DNA of 64,000 bases from Massalongia carnosa (taxonomy: Eukaryota): positions 620,001 to 684,000 of the forward strand of contig OZ287069.1 of the NCBI GenBank assembly GCA_965645245.1, read 5' to 3'. Below the pieces are notes generated by a model. It made no database searches. It was not told the origin of the DNA and was given only the letters and a program-made list of their open reading frames with translations. Positions 62,934-64,000 of this stretch are shown here, in pieces; the first letter of the stretch is position 1, and the number at the start of each line of letters is the position of its first letter. Made by a program: the position numbers and the translations under genes.

Positions 62934-64000
62934 ACGGATCGAAAAGCCTAACGAGAACGAAAAACCCAACGACAGAAAACATTTTTTTGAAAATATATGA
63001 AGCATAGCGAGCGCCGTACTTTTGGCGTTTTTTGGGGGGGGGGGGGGGGGTATTTATCGATCCAGCGTTTCCAAGCGTGGCATTTTTCTGCGCCTATTTC
63101 TCTTCTCATATCTGACATACTACGACGCATTTACGAAAAGATTACTGGCGCGAGCCACGTATGACTGTTATGAATGAATCTTTTCACGATCCACGAATCT
63201 AACGGAGGCACATCTGGTTAATGGGCTGCTGAATTGCTTTTACACGCTGCAATGGGGAAAGGAAAGATCAACAGGCTTGGGGAGGGGAGAAGGATGCTGT
63301 GATGTTGTATGTGGATATTGCATGCATGTCTACGCTTCTGATGGAGACGGGGGGTGTACTTTTACGACAGACTGTTTTTTCTGGGGTTCCTTATCTATGT
63401 AGGAATCTATCTACATATCTACCTATCAACTGTGTGTTATTGTTGTTGTTGTCGTCGTTGTATTTAAATCCCAACCCGGATCGCAAAGTCGAATGATCCT
63501 ACGTAGACATGTACCACGCGGCGGCGCCTCACTAACTGGGGCTGCTTCCTCCCGACAAGAAAAACGAAACACTACAGCGGGCCCTTTTCTTGCTTTGGCT
63601 TTTTGGGCCTTCTCCACGCCGGCGCCAGCACCTGGTCGAAAGCCGATTCCCCTTTGTCCCCTTTTCCTGTTTCCCCCTTCCTCCTCCCTTTTCCGCTCTC
63701 CTCCGGCTCATGGCCCCAATATCATCAACAGCAGTAACAACAAACAGCTCTTGAATGAAATGAACTGAAATCAAATCTCAAAAATAAAATAAATACCCCC
63801 CCCACCCATTTACCTGAACTTACATACCCTAATCTGCTTTACCCCCTTTCGGCGAATACATACCCTACCCGAACCTTGTCAAAAAAACCCAAAAAAAACA
63901 GACAACACTAATCCGAAATAGTTGGCTAGATTCGCCCCTTGCTGGCTCGCTCGCTGACTGGTTGGTTGGGTTGGGTATATATAACATGCCCAACTATGTT

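Noticed and set aside
63033..63050. Poly-G run, with similar G/C runs at about 7690-7890 and 8166-8181
   Set aside because: Ordinary low-complexity tracts near gene 3' ends.

Overview
Gene-dense, intron-containing genomic DNA from a filamentous ascomycete (Pezizomycotina). A lichen-forming Lecanoromycete is plausible but cannot be proven from sequence alone. Left part: a partial unknown gene, a pseudogenised PD-(D/E)XK nuclease-like gene, a cAMP-receptor-like GPCR and the alpha-pheromone receptor STE2/preB. Next is a compact secondary-metabolite locus: an intact 8-exon non-reducing PKS (SAT-KS-AT-PT-ACP-ACP-TE, melanin/T4HN-type motifs), a second broken nuclease-like gene, an AflR-type Zn2Cys6 regulator and a DHA1 MFS transporter. 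Then a housekeeping block: REX3, DUF676 lipase, flavin amine oxidase, small secreted protein, Obg-family GTPase, small putative mitochondrial protein, SET methyltransferase, FacB/Cat8 and PHO85/PhoA. Two related but distinct, frameshifted Tc1-family (DD34E) transposons flank a SAP-domain THO1-like gene, followed by a large gene with a C-terminal methyltransferase-like domain. The most notable items are: the tailoring-free PKS/AflR/MFS cluster back-to-back with STE2; the twin transposons, which share a TIR motif and a ~65-aa catalytic-core insertion; 7-bp arrays matching transposon ends plus TA; a perfect 48-bp hairpin; and a 12-mer G-rich array right after PHO85. No rRNA, tRNA or CRISPR array was recognised. 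All calls come from manual reading; no searches were run.
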